In this document: one piece after another, positions 41,684-51,347 of the stretch
Layout: each line of letters begins with the position of its first letter
Position numbering within the stretch: the first letter of the stretch is position 1
Source: a virus
Length of the DNA stretch: 64,000 nt
IMG/VR virus record: IMGVR_UViG_3300021197_001787
Coordinates: 96,001-160,000 of that record
Strand: one strand, 5' to 3'
Notes under the pieces: model-generated
What the model was told of the DNA's origin: nothing
The model's database searches: none
Seen by the model: the letters and a program-made list of their open reading frames with translations, nothing else
Program-made: the position numbers and the translations under genes

Positions 41684-42873
41684 TCTTCCCTTCTAAGTCC
41701 AAGTGTCATTAGTGCAGCCATAAAGACAACATACAAGCTGCCGCGGCTCCTTAGCACGCTGTTGCACCCCGCGGGTTCCTTCGGACTCGGACTTCCTGTG
41801 TTTTCAGCAAACTCAAATGAGTCTCCGGTATCTGTATTTTCTTCGTGTTCCAAGCCCGTGTCTTCCACTTCTGGAGGTTCTCCGGAGTCTGTGATAACTT
41901 GCTCTTCTTCGTCATCAGGCTCATCAGCAGGGATGAAGAATGGCTGCGAGATCACCAAATCGCTCAAAGTCACGCCTAGCTCATGGTGGAAGGGGTCATA
42001 CCACCCGGTATCAAAGTTGCCCACAAAGTTTAACTCATCGATCCTGAAGGGCATTCCTTCCTCAACTTGAACACTCAAAAAGTATTCGTGATAGGCTGAT
42101 TGTGTTTCTCTGGCGCCAAGGTTTAAGTACATATCCCACGCCATTAGATCAGCGCGGCCGTCAACAAACACATCCCACTCGTAAAGTGTGACTTCATATT
42201 GCGTCTGTACAGAATATTCTGACGAATGGTAACCCTTTACTTGGAGGTTACCGGCAGCTTGCATCTCAGTGCCTTCTTCCTCGATCTTATATTCTCCGTG
42301 AGCCATCACAGCGCCCTCAGAATCAGAGCCAATGCCATATGCGTTCTGAAATGTTACTTGTCCATAAGCATCAATGCCATATGATTCAAACGGAACAGAC
42401 CAATCCCAGCGGAAAGCACCTTGTTCGCGCTCCACATCGGTCATAGCCTCCACACTTAGAACGGGATGTTCACCCCAATCACTCCACTCGTCTGCCCATA
42501 GCTTACACTGCGCTCCTCTTGCCCAATCCCAGGGTGCGTAGTAGCAGTCATGTCCCGGTGTAACCCGTGTTTTGATGACGGCAACATAAAAATCTGTACC
42601 CCTATCAATCGACGATTGGAACCAGAAAAATTCCACAATGGCATCAATGGTGTTATCATAAACATCCGAGTTCCCAACGTAAAGCGTATTCCCTTCAAAA
42701 AAGGCGTACGGAAATCGGCCCTCACTGCCAGCGATGTCAGTAGCGGTTTCAAACGATACGTCCCAGTCTCCTTCTAAAATAGATGCGCCTGAATAAGACG
42801 TCTCGCTAGCGCTCAAGTCACTAGCATTTGCTGGGCCCATGAGGCACAGCGATAGCAATAAGTTTGTAAACAT
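41680..42873 (-). CDS. Secreted protein with MYXO-CTERM-like C-terminal sorting signal
   Basis: Signal peptide; acidic DTG/DSG linker; AGC...hydrophobic helix...LRR C-terminus. Confidence 0.7.
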   Translation of the reverse strand: MFTNLLLSLCLMGPANASDLSASETSYSGASILEGDWDVSFETATDIAGSEGRFPYAFFEGNTLYVGNSDVYDNTIDAIVEFFWFQSSIDRGTDFYVAVIKTRVTPGHDCYYAPWDWARGAQCKLWADEWSDWGEHPVLSVEAMTDVEREQGAFRWDWSVPFESYGIDAYGQVTFQNAYGIGSDSEGAVMAHGEYKIEEEGTEMQAAGNLQVKGYHSSEYSVQTQYEVTLYEWDVFVDGRADLMAWDMYLNLGARETQSAYHEYFLSVQVEEGMPFRIDELNFVGNFDTGWYDPFHHELGVTLSDLVISQPFFIPADEPDDEEEQVITDSGEPPEVEDTGLEHEENTDTGDSFEFAENTGSPSPKEPAGCNSVLRSRGSLYVVFMAALMTLGLRRED

Positions 42874-42898
42874 GTTTCTCCTAGATTATGTTTAAAGT

Positions 42899-42927
42899 AT
42901 TATAACTTAGATAGCACAAGTTGTCAA
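42899..42927 (-). promoter_or_regulatory. sigma70-type promoter
   Basis: TTGACA-N17-TATAAT, AGGAGA SD upstream of 41680..42873. Confidence 0.85.
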
Positions 42928-43835
42928 CTACCTTGTTCTTCCTTTATTTCATCAAGCAGTGTTTTAAGATCTAACCCGGCGCAGTCGATCTTCCTCTTGC
43001 TAACATGATAATGACTAACAAAACCTTTAAACTTGCCGTATGCCACCCGTTGCTCATAGTAATTTGATGTCTTACCGAACTGATTAAGGGGAGTCTCGTA
43101 GGGTATACCTGTAGACTCGTGGACCGCTTTCCAAAGAGCCTTGAGTGCTTCTAACTGTTTGGGATAAAACCCCATAAATGGGCCTAGCTCGTTACCATTG
43201 ATATATGCCTTTTCAATTATTGGCCGTTCTCCAAAGCCATTCTTAATATACCAGTCTTGGTATTTTGGATAATAAGCGTTTGAGATCTCAACACCGATGG
43301 AGGGTCTGTTGGTTCTTTCAGAGCCGGCATGCCAGCCAGCATGTTGCATGTCCATAGTTTGATATATGGTCCCGTCATTATCAATAAGGAAATGCACAGA
43401 AATTCCTCTTTTGTCTAAAATCCTCTGACAAGATTTAGAGCTGAGGCATACATCCCAGTGGTTAACAAAATATCTAATTTTGCGCTTTGGGCGGCCGGTA
43501 TAATCGTAGTAAGTCCCGCGTTTTGATTTTAAACCATTAGGCTCTGACCACAGCACAACTTTTTCCCAATCAATGTGTGTAAAGTTGCCATTAAAAACAA
43601 TGTAATTTGAATACTGGCATTTATCCGGAATATGATCATCGATATTTTCTTGCCTATTTGTCCATAGGCGCCTGAAGGTGGCCGGGCCGCATAGCCCATC
43701 GGGCGATAATCCAAGTTTACGCTGAAATAGCTTTATTGCGCGAGTTAACTTGTCATCAAAAAACTTTTCCCCGAACCACGACGGCTCCCAACCCAACTTG
43801 GCCGCCGAGGCCTCATTGTAAAAATTCTTATCCAT
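42924..43835 (-). CDS. N-acetylmuramoyl-L-alanine amidase (Amidase_2) with peptidoglycan-binding domain; probable endolysin
   Basis: AIKLFQRKLGLSPDGLCGPAT; HW...SVHFLID.DG.IYQ...WHAG...SIGVEI. Confidence 0.9.
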   Translation of the reverse strand: MDKNFYNEASAAKLGWEPSWFGEKFFDDKLTRAIKLFQRKLGLSPDGLCGPATFRRLWTNRQENIDDHIPDKCQYSNYIVFNGNFTHIDWEKVVLWSEPNGLKSKRGTYYDYTGRPKRKIRYFVNHWDVCLSSKSCQRILDKRGISVHFLIDNDGTIYQTMDMQHAGWHAGSERTNRPSIGVEISNAYYPKYQDWYIKNGFGERPIIEKAYINGNELGPFMGFYPKQLEALKALWKAVHESTGIPYETPLNQFGKTSNYYEQRVAYGKFKGFVSHYHVSKRKIDCAGLDLKTLLDEIKEEQGS

Positions 43836-43847
43836 GTATATAATTTC

Positions 43848-44126
43848 CTATTTTCGTACAATACCGACAATATAATTATCTTGTACAACAGAATAAGTCA
43901 AGTTATTCACAGTTATTTCTTCAATCATAGAATTATCAACAATAATAGAATCTGTTTGTTTTAAATCAAACCTTACATCTTCGGCCCATGAGATCACAGC
44001 AGTTTCTACATATCTTTCTTCAATAGCTTTATAGTCATCGGGCAATAGGATGCCCATGGGCGTCTCGGTATCTGATTTTTGTGCTCTGTTCTCTACAAGA
44101 ACATATCTGTTGACGGGTTTAAACAT
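43848..44126 (-). CDS. groES: Co-chaperonin GroES-like
   Basis: FKPVNRYVLVE...TPMGILLPD...QDNYIVGIV. Confidence 0.75.
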   Translation of the reverse strand: MFKPVNRYVLVENRAQKSDTETPMGILLPDDYKAIEERYVETAVISWAEDVRFDLKQTDSIIVDNSMIEEITVNNLTYSVVQDNYIVGIVRK

Positions 44127-44373
44127 GACTAATCTCCTTTAGTAATAACTTTTCATGAATTTGATATTGGGCCTGCTCAAGAAAAAGGTTCGTTCTTGCC
44201 GAACAATTCTCACAAACCATTGATACGCAGACGTTGCTACCGGCGGTGGCTTTGATATTTCCAGTCGGCTTCCACAGGCATTTGCTAGTATCTCTTAGTT
44301 TACAATTAATAAGTAGTTCGCGCTTTTCCAGTAAGTGATTAAAATTCTTCAATTTTCCCCCTAAACCACACAC
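44119..44373 (-). CDS. Cys-rich hypothetical protein
   Basis: Multiple Cys including CENC. Confidence 0.5.
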   Translation of the reverse strand: MCGLGGKLKNFNHLLEKRELLINCKLRDTSKCLWKPTGNIKATAGSNVCVSMVCENCSARTNLFLEQAQYQIHEKLLLKEISHV

Positions 44374-46325
44374 GATTCGCCGTCACAAAACTTGGTACCG
44401 CTACCACTTTCTGTATCTAGCTTTATAATCGGGGTTATATTTGCGGAAAGCTGCTCATACGTTTCTTTACTGATTGGTTCGTATGGGGCTTGCTCATAGC
44501 CGGTTTCTTCGTATTTCAAAAACGATACCGCTTTTAATCTTGTCTCGTACATCTCTAGTGCACTCTTAATTTGTGCGGCCTCATCGGGCTTGAACGTTAC
44601 CGTGATTGAAACTGAGTTGTCTGCCCAGTAATGCTGATACTGTGCTGCGATTTCCAATTGTTCCCACATACTAACGTCCTTCTTTCCTTTAACAAAATAC
44701 GGTTCCTTGACTGGGAACTCAACACATATTGTATTAGGCGTATACTTGTCTTCTTCAGTCTTATAACCTGCTTTACGCAAGGCGTCAACCATAGAGCTGT
44801 CTTTTGAAAATCTAATACGCCGGATGTAATACTCATCTTCAGGAAAATGAACGCCGGGGGTACTACCGTTTAGTAGAGACACTGTTCCAGATGGTTTGAT
44901 GCTCGTCATTCGCACAGACTTGGGGATGCAGAGCCAATTTGAGTACTCTTCGTCTAACTGTTTCACATGCTCATATGCATTGTCACACCAATTCAACATT
45001 TCGCGACGGCCGTGTTTATTGAATGCCTGTACGACCCCAGACTGTGATAACCCAATGCGGCGGTTTTTCAACATTTTTGCATTGGTTTCGGGCCAGTGAG
45101 TATTTGACAGTGTTACAGTCTTACCATAAAGATAAGCTATTTTAAGAGTTTTTAAATAGTCTTCATAAGTGTCGTGCTTGGCTGGAAAAGTCTCCACTAG
45201 GCAACACAGTTCAGCATCTTCAAGCTGCTGTTCGACACAAGGATTAAACCCCATAACATTCTTATCATCGTCTCTGGGCAAATCAGCCATACGGCCGCGG
45301 GTGCGAGCGTTATCTAACCAAATGTAGCCCGGTTCGCCGTTAATTTGACTCTGCTTGGCATGCCATGTGTAATCCATGCCTACAAGTGCATGAAATGAGT
45401 TATTAGAACCCCAACGGTGGTGATAAAGCTTTTCTTGATCATTTTTCATTTCAAGGTAATGCTTATCATCGTGGGCGCCCATGGCTAGTGCAGCGGATCG
45501 ACGAACATTGCCCGATACCACGCAGCGACCAATCAAGTTTTCCGTATCAACAATGTCTACAGAGGTAATCAATTGTCCAATTCTGGAATCATACAGCTCT
45601 TTTAAATTTTCATGCAACTCAATCAAAGGTTGCGGGCCAGATGAGGTGCCACCAAAACCCTTGATTGCTGCACCGAATGGACGCACTTGAGAATAATCAA
45701 ATTTAGGTATTTGGTTTCCAAAAAAGTAACCATTCAATAATACTCTTACCGATTCAACCCATCCTTCCCGAGAATCTTCAACAAAGTGGGTCTCGCCGCT
45801 GTATTGAGGTTCAGCGATCTTTACAGTGCCGGCTCCCAAAGTATCAAAACCAACGCCGATACCAACCATCAGCGCGTCCATGATCCATGCGAAAAGATAG
45901 CCCCCCTTTGTAGAGATCTCTTTAGTCGAACGGAACGCACAATTAAACAAACCGGCAGCGGTTCTCTCTTCAATAAATTTAGTACCCATCATCCACAAAC
46001 CACGGCCGGGTGGAGTCCATTTCAAATTGAATAGGCGATCATATGCATCTTTTGCAGTTCGCTGGGCCTTGGCGTCATTCCATTCAAGGCCTAACATAAA
46101 AACATGCTGCTTTTGCATATTAAACATGCCCTCAATAACACGCCTGCAAGTGTGGTGCCACTCTTCTGTGCCAGTGGCAGCTGGGTCGAATTCATTGAGT
46201 CTTCTGGAATATGTTCTCTTAAAAGTAATATACCCAAGAGGGCCCCATGGGACTTGCTGCTCTTTGTATTGGTCAATAAATGTATCTGATAATTTGAATT
46301 TTCTAATGCTGTCGATAGTTCTCAT
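44361..46325 (-). CDS. nrdJ: Class II (adenosylcobalamin) ribonucleotide reductase, monomeric RTPR-like
   Basis: PPGRGLW, FNCAF, GNVRRSA, FNPCVEQ.LE..ELCCLVE, TSIKPSGTVSLL. Confidence 0.93.
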   Translation of the reverse strand: MRTIDSIRKFKLSDTFIDQYKEQQVPWGPLGYITFKRTYSRRLNEFDPAATGTEEWHHTCRRVIEGMFNMQKQHVFMLGLEWNDAKAQRTAKDAYDRLFNLKWTPPGRGLWMMGTKFIEERTAAGLFNCAFRSTKEISTKGGYLFAWIMDALMVGIGVGFDTLGAGTVKIAEPQYSGETHFVEDSREGWVESVRVLLNGYFFGNQIPKFDYSQVRPFGAAIKGFGGTSSGPQPLIELHENLKELYDSRIGQLITSVDIVDTENLIGRCVVSGNVRRSAALAMGAHDDKHYLEMKNDQEKLYHHRWGSNNSFHALVGMDYTWHAKQSQINGEPGYIWLDNARTRGRMADLPRDDDKNVMGFNPCVEQQLEDAELCCLVETFPAKHDTYEDYLKTLKIAYLYGKTVTLSNTHWPETNAKMLKNRRIGLSQSGVVQAFNKHGRREMLNWCDNAYEHVKQLDEEYSNWLCIPKSVRMTSIKPSGTVSLLNGSTPGVHFPEDEYYIRRIRFSKDSSMVDALRKAGYKTEEDKYTPNTICVEFPVKEPYFVKGKKDVSMWEQLEIAAQYQHYWADNSVSITVTFKPDEAAQIKSALEMYETRLKAVSFLKYEETGYEQAPYEPISKETYEQLSANITPIIKLDTESGSGTKFCDGESCVV

Positions 46326-46332
46326 GTTTTAG

Positions 46333-47715
46333 TTATTTCCTTTTTGTTTTAAACTTCTCATATCTATTTTGAAGGATTCCCCTCTGCTCTTTTGCTGTAA
46401 CTGGCACTGGGTTCATCGGCAGTGTAGCGTTAGCGGTATTTACGGAAACCTTGGGTAGCATCTTAATGCATACATTTGAAGTATCCATGAATATATCATA
46501 AATAATACCGTCAGGTCCGTTTCTATTCTTTGCGATAAACATTTTTCCTTGATTTTTTTGTTTATCCTCAATGGTACGCGATATAGTGCAAATAAAATCT
46601 GCAACAAAACATTTATTAAATGCTTCTGAAATCTGTTCCATTGTGATCACTTCCGCATTCAAACCAGAGCGATTAGTTTGTGAGGCGGTCCAGACTGGAC
46701 ATTCAAATTCTTGAGATATCGCTCTGAGTTCTTCATAAATAGATTCTAGCTCATTGCGCTTTTCTTTGCGAATAATCACAGGCTTAAGTAGATCGGCGTA
46801 GTCAACCACAATTAGCCCGGGCTTAATGCCTCTTTTAATTAATTTTGATAAATGGGTTTTAATGGTGTTCGTGGAGGCTGATTTTGTTGGGTATTCTTTG
46901 ACGATTAACTTGCCTTCAATATCTTTTACCACATCATAAATTTCATCTTTAAAATTCTTGAGGTCGGATAAGGGATAGCTGGTAATACAGCTATCATATC
47001 GTGATGCCACAACGGTGTCTTGAAGCTCTAATGTGTAGTGTACCACCGTTTTTTTCTCTTTCAATGCTTGAGCGCCAAGATGAACAAGAATCATTGATTT
47101 GCCGGCGCCCGTGGGAGCGATAACAACACCAAGTTCACTTTTACCAAGACCACCACTACTAATATTGTCGATCTCTTTCCAACCTGTGGTTACCGGATTT
47201 CTGAACTTAGGCCTGAAGCGTTCTTCAAAGTCTGCTAAGTAATCATAACCAAAATTATTATCAGAACCCAACTTTAAGGCATCGTTGATTACCTTGGATA
47301 TTTCGTCAAAAGAGCAGGCCTGCAGCAGGTTAACTGACTCAATCATAGCCTCTTTCAGCTTTTGCTTACGGCAAAATTCTAATGAAATTTCTTTGATATA
47401 TTCTACATCAGTTACCTCATGTATATCAATCTTTTTGCAATAATCCATTAATTGATTATAAGCAACTTCATCATCATTAACGTATTCTGTTCTTAATATG
47501 GTTACCAACGCTTCGCGCGACGGGTGCTTAGAATACTTGTTTCTATACTTCAGTAATTTACTTACAAACATCTTGAGATATTCTAATTCAAGAAAATTAA
47601 TGTCCAGTACTTCACTAATCTGATCAGCAAACTCACGTTCTTCTAATATTAACTGAACGAGGCCTTCTTGGAAAGATTTACCATATCTACTAAAGTCTAT
47701 TTTTTCTGCCTGCAT
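46333..47715 (-). CDS. dnaB: DnaB-family replicative helicase
   Basis: APTGAGKS, YTLEL, VVDYADLL, WTASQTNR, AKNRNG. Confidence 0.93.
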   Translation of the reverse strand: MQAEKIDFSRYGKSFQEGLVQLILEEREFADQISEVLDINFLELEYLKMFVSKLLKYRNKYSKHPSREALVTILRTEYVNDDEVAYNQLMDYCKKIDIHEVTDVEYIKEISLEFCRKQKLKEAMIESVNLLQACSFDEISKVINDALKLGSDNNFGYDYLADFEERFRPKFRNPVTTGWKEIDNISSGGLGKSELGVVIAPTGAGKSMILVHLGAQALKEKKTVVHYTLELQDTVVASRYDSCITSYPLSDLKNFKDEIYDVVKDIEGKLIVKEYPTKSASTNTIKTHLSKLIKRGIKPGLIVVDYADLLKPVIIRKEKRNELESIYEELRAISQEFECPVWTASQTNRSGLNAEVITMEQISEAFNKCFVADFICTISRTIEDKQKNQGKMFIAKNRNGPDGIIYDIFMDTSNVCIKMLPKVSVNTANATLPMNPVPVTAKEQRGILQNRYEKFKTKRK

Positions 47716-47781
47716 GCGCCTCTCGTTCAGTGAAATAACTATAACATCTACAAGCGTAAAGTCAAGTTAAAAGTTAGTTTA

Positions 47782-48780
47782 TTAGACTGCGACGTCAATA
47801 CCTTCGTTCGCAATCTTGTTTAAGTGAGTCTTAAGTTCTTCCCAATTTAACTCACCAAATCCATCATCGATCATCATGCCCAATATTGAAGTTTTGTTAA
47901 AATTAAAATCAAAATTTTCTACTGATTCTTTGACAACGATCTTGGATTGAATTGACATCTGTGGCGAATATAACTGCATCATTTTGTAGTTGTGTTCAAT
48001 TAGCTCTTTATTTTCTACAATATTGTTATAAACTTTCAATTTGCTTTCTTCAAGTTGCTGTTCACAGTGGCCGATCACATCATCAATTGTGAATGTCTTT
48101 TCATCCGACAAGAAATTCAAACGCTTGGCAACGGTACCAAAGCCAACACCCTTAACACCGGGCAAGTTATCAGAGGTGTCCCCGATGATAGCCCTCGCTA
48201 GAGCCATATTGGTAGGGTGTACTCCTGTTTGTTCAATGATCCTATTAGTGTTTAGAAATTCATCTTTTATAGGTCGCCAGAGGACTGTTTCTTCGTCACA
48301 AAGTTGCATGAAATCTTTATCATTGGAGACTATAATTTTTTGCCAGCCGTCGTAATGCTTGAGACCACACACATGGGAGATCACATCATCTGCCTCTACC
48401 TGTTCTATCATTGTTTGGACAATCGGCATCTGGTTTAGATATTCAATCAAGCGGCTTTGCTGCCAAATCTTGTTTTGAATCTCTTCATCGGCCGTAAGAT
48501 TGTGAAACGCTCTGTTGAGACGGATCGGCTTGCGGCCCGACTTATAGTTTTTGTCCATAGTCTTGCGCTTCCGCGAACCATCCGGGCCGTCCCACGCAAT
48601 TATAATGTTGTCAGGCTTTGTAGTCCTAACCAATTTCTGCAGGATCTTGAGGGAGCCCTTAAGACCGCCTATTGGTTGGCCGTGGTGTGACAAACTTGGG
48701 TCTACAATATATGCTCTGATATACATGTTCAAGGCGTCAATAATCAACACTCTTTTATTTTCTTTATTCTTCATATTCAT
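47782..48780 (-). CDS. 5'-3' exonuclease/flap endonuclease (Pol I N-terminal / T4 RNase H-like)
   Basis: LIIDALN, AWDG, EADDVI, SNDKDF, GDTSDNLPGVKGVG. Confidence 0.92.
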   Translation of the reverse strand: MNMKNKENKRVLIIDALNMYIRAYIVDPSLSHHGQPIGGLKGSLKILQKLVRTTKPDNIIIAWDGPDGSRKRKTMDKNYKSGRKPIRLNRAFHNLTADEEIQNKIWQQSRLIEYLNQMPIVQTMIEQVEADDVISHVCGLKHYDGWQKIIVSNDKDFMQLCDEETVLWRPIKDEFLNTNRIIEQTGVHPTNMALARAIIGDTSDNLPGVKGVGFGTVAKRLNFLSDEKTFTIDDVIGHCEQQLEESKLKVYNNIVENKELIEHNYKMMQLYSPQMSIQSKIVVKESVENFDFNFNKTSILGMMIDDGFGELNWEELKTHLNKIANEGIDVAV

Positions 48781-49069
48781 AATTAATTAACTCGTAAATG
48801 TTGCCCCAGGGATCTTTTTTATACACAGAGTGGGAGCCATCTCTATGTAGCTTAATGCTGCCTTCGACATTTTCAAAATTGTCAACCTCAAAAGCAAAAT
48901 GTGCTGGATGCATTCCTTTTTTAACAAATGCCATTTTAATGTTCTCAAATTCTACAAAAGCCCATGTCTCATCTGCATACAACAACTCAGCGTCAAAATT
49001 AAATTCATACCATTTGGCTGCCAATGTGGGGTCATCCACAACTAGGGCTAAGTGGTCAATTCTAGTCAT
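48764..49069 (-). CDS. VOC/glyoxalase family protein
   Basis: IDHLALVV, HFAFEV, YKKDPWGNIYEL. Confidence 0.8.
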   Translation of the reverse strand: MTRIDHLALVVDDPTLAAKWYEFNFDAELLYADETWAFVEFENIKMAFVKKGMHPAHFAFEVDNFENVEGSIKLHRDGSHSVYKKDPWGNIYELINYEYEE

Positions 49070-49232
49070 CTTGTTGAACCAAGAGCTTTTCTAGTTCACT
49101 AATCTCTTTGTTAATTGAAGCATATTGCCGCAAGTTACCATTACGTTGACATAGCATGGCCTCTTTTTGCAGTTTACTGATTTTCTTTCTAATTTTGTTA
49201 AGTTTTATTTTGTTGATAAAATCTCTAATCAT
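49062..49232 (-). CDS. Small helical protein (56 aa)
   Basis: Manually translated; LQKEAMLCQRNGNLRQYA; ATGA overlap with uvsE stop. Confidence 0.55.
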   Translation of the reverse strand: MIRDFINKIKLNKIRKKISKLQKEAMLCQRNGNLRQYASINKEISELEKLLVQQDD

Positions 49233-50164
49233 GCCACACTCCTCTTGTTTAGTATATCACGATACTGCAATAAAGCAAGCTCTTTATGCTTGGCTTCGAT
49301 CATAATGTCGAAAGTATTGCCGTAATCTTCAAGCGTGTTGTATACAAGATCAGAGTGTGCTTGTGGTTTAATCTTCGGATTGTTGTGCTCAAGCGAACGA
49401 GATTCGGCATAATGCACAACCGGCTTGATATCACCCCATGTGGACAGAGCAAGTTCAAGTGCCTCTTGTTCGGTCTGACCACCGGGATGTAACATGTGGT
49501 GGTGATAATCAAACACAATAGGGATGCCAATGCGTTTGTACACACCTTCATACAGTTCTAGCGTAGAATACAGCGACTCTTTGTCATCATTCTCAACAGT
49601 CAAACGAGAGCGAACATTGTCCGGCAAGCGTTCAAAGTTGCGACAGAAGTTGTCAAGAGCGAACGGCTTGTCACCGTAGGCAGCACCGACATGAATATTG
49701 AGCTTGGCATACGGAGTGCGAGGCAACCCGATAAGATCGAACAAGTCACCGTGAACCGACAAATCAGTCTTGGTGAGTTCGAACACACGCTCTTTAGGTG
49801 AGGCTAGCTTGTTAAACGGCCCAGGATGCGATGTGAGCCGCATTCCATGCTTACGGGCAAAGTTACCCGCCTTGAGTGCCGCGGCGTGTATAGCGCCGAA
49901 ATTAGGCATGTCTACGAGGTCATACTCGGATGCCCATGGAATAATATCGGAAGAAAGCCGATAAAAGTAAATATCATTGGCGAGATTCCACTCAAGAATA
50001 GTGTGTAAATCGCGTAGATTTTGCAGAGCTAGCTCGGAAGCATACTCAATACCACGATCATGGAATGTTCGCTTGATCATAGTACGGTTGGTTGTGATAC
50101 GCTGCGACTTTGGCAGCGAAGAAAAGCCTTGATTGATACAGGCATAGCCTAGATAGTTTGACAC
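49229..50164 (-). CDS. uvsE: UV damage endonuclease UvsE/UvdE
   Basis: LGYAC, FYRLSS, RLTSHPG, NIHVG, RLTVENDD, VFDYHH, HYAE, PQAHSD, MIEAKHKE. Confidence 0.95.
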   Translation of the reverse strand: MSNYLGYACINQGFSSLPKSQRITTNRTMIKRTFHDRGIEYASELALQNLRDLHTILEWNLANDIYFYRLSSDIIPWASEYDLVDMPNFGAIHAAALKAGNFARKHGMRLTSHPGPFNKLASPKERVFELTKTDLSVHGDLFDLIGLPRTPYAKLNIHVGAAYGDKPFALDNFCRNFERLPDNVRSRLTVENDDKESLYSTLELYEGVYKRIGIPIVFDYHHHMLHPGGQTEQEALELALSTWGDIKPVVHYAESRSLEHNNPKIKPQAHSDLVYNTLEDYGNTFDIMIEAKHKELALLQYRDILNKRSVA

Positions 50165-50187
50165 ATAACCCCCTTAGTTACATTAAT

Positions 50188-50216
50188 ATTATATCCCGCC
50201 GGGGGCCATGTGTCAA
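50188..50216 (-). promoter_or_regulatory. sigma70-type promoter of uvsE
   Basis: TTGACA-N17-TATAAT. Confidence 0.85.
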
Positions 50217-50219
50217 GTA

Positions 50220-51347
50220 TTATTTAGTAGTTTCTTCTTCATCATAGAAGTCAGCAGCGGTACCTTGCCGCTTGTCAAACTTCTGAATCACTTCGCTCTC
50301 CATAAGCTCAAGTACCTTGGCTCTGAACTCATCATCGGTCTTAACAAGCTCAGTCCACTTTGATGGCTGGAACTTCTTAGAATAATCTCCAGATGTCAAC
50401 GTGTACCATGAACCTGCCGATTGCATGTAATTTGAGCTTTTAATTGCGTCAAACCACGATTCTTCATCTTGGATTCCAATGTCTTGAGTTCCCCACAAGA
50501 TCCTGAATGTGCAGTTCCTGCCTTCAGTCCCAAAACGAGACTTTTCAAGCTTCACCTTGACCTCGGAACCAATCTTGAACCCCTTATCGTCCAATACTGC
50601 TGCTGCCTTAGACTTACGACCGGTTAGCCAAATCCTTAACGAGTACGAGTAGTGCATCGCCTTACCGCCGGGAGTGATATACGGGGTTGTCATTGCTATC
50701 TGCCGGGCCATGGGGCCATGGGGGATATTTGTCTTTAATTGATTAAGTACAATGAAAGTCGCCCTCTGATCGGCAATAGGAATGACCAGCTTAGACATAC
50801 CTTTGGCCAAGATTCGCGCTTTAGTGGCCACAGTAGACTGTGGATTAAAGTCACCCTCAACGTCAGAGACCGAAGGCGTAAACGCCAACGAATCCCAAAT
50901 AAACACCAATTGGTCGTCTGCTGCACCAAGGAGTTCTTCAATGGTTTCCAAAACAAATTCAACTGAAGATGCTTGAATGTACATTAAGTTTTCCAAGTCA
51001 CATCCTGCACGATTTAGAAAGTCGGGGTCAATTGCTGACTCCGAGTCAAAATAAACCACAAGCTTGCCTTGTTTCTGGGCATTCGCTGCAATTTGAGCAG
51101 CCATATAAGATTTGCCAGTTGATTGAAGACCAGCAATCTCGGTAATTTTTCCAACGGGAACACCAGCTAGCTGACCCTTACAAATGATAGAGTCAAGCCA
51201 TCTAGAGCCTGTTGGAATCCACTCCTTGACAGAAGTGGGATTGTCGGTGGTAAGATCGTGTGCCACCTCACGGCCGGCTTTTTTATTTACCAGCTTCATA
51301 AGATCATGCATAGATACACGACCTGCTTTAGTTTTGGCTTTTGCCAT
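50220..51347 (-). CDS. recA: RecA/UvsX recombinase
   Basis: IPTGS..LD, EIAGLQSTGKS, DSESAID, WDSLA, LNQLK, TPGGKAM. Confidence 0.95.
   Translation of the reverse strand: MAKAKTKAGRVSMHDLMKLVNKKAGREVAHDLTTDNPTSVKEWIPTGSRWLDSIICKGQLAGVPVGKITEIAGLQSTGKSYMAAQIAANAQKQGKLVVYFDSESAIDPDFLNRAGCDLENLMYIQASSVEFVLETIEELLGAADDQLVFIWDSLAFTPSVSDVEGDFNPQSTVATKARILAKGMSKLVIPIADQRATFIVLNQLKTNIPHGPMARQIAMTTPYITPGGKAMHYSYSLRIWLTGRKSKAAAVLDDKGFKIGSEVKVKLEKSRFGTEGRNCTFRILWGTQDIGIQDEESWFDAIKSSNYMQSAGSWYTLTSGDYSKKFQPSKWTELVKTDDEFRAKVLELMESEVIQKFDKRQGTAADFYDEEETTK

Noticed and set aside
36517-51347. Inteins or introns in dnaE, nrdJ, dnaB or recA
   Set aside because: Lengths are typical, frames are continuous, and no intein splice motifs or LAGLIDADG inserts were seen.
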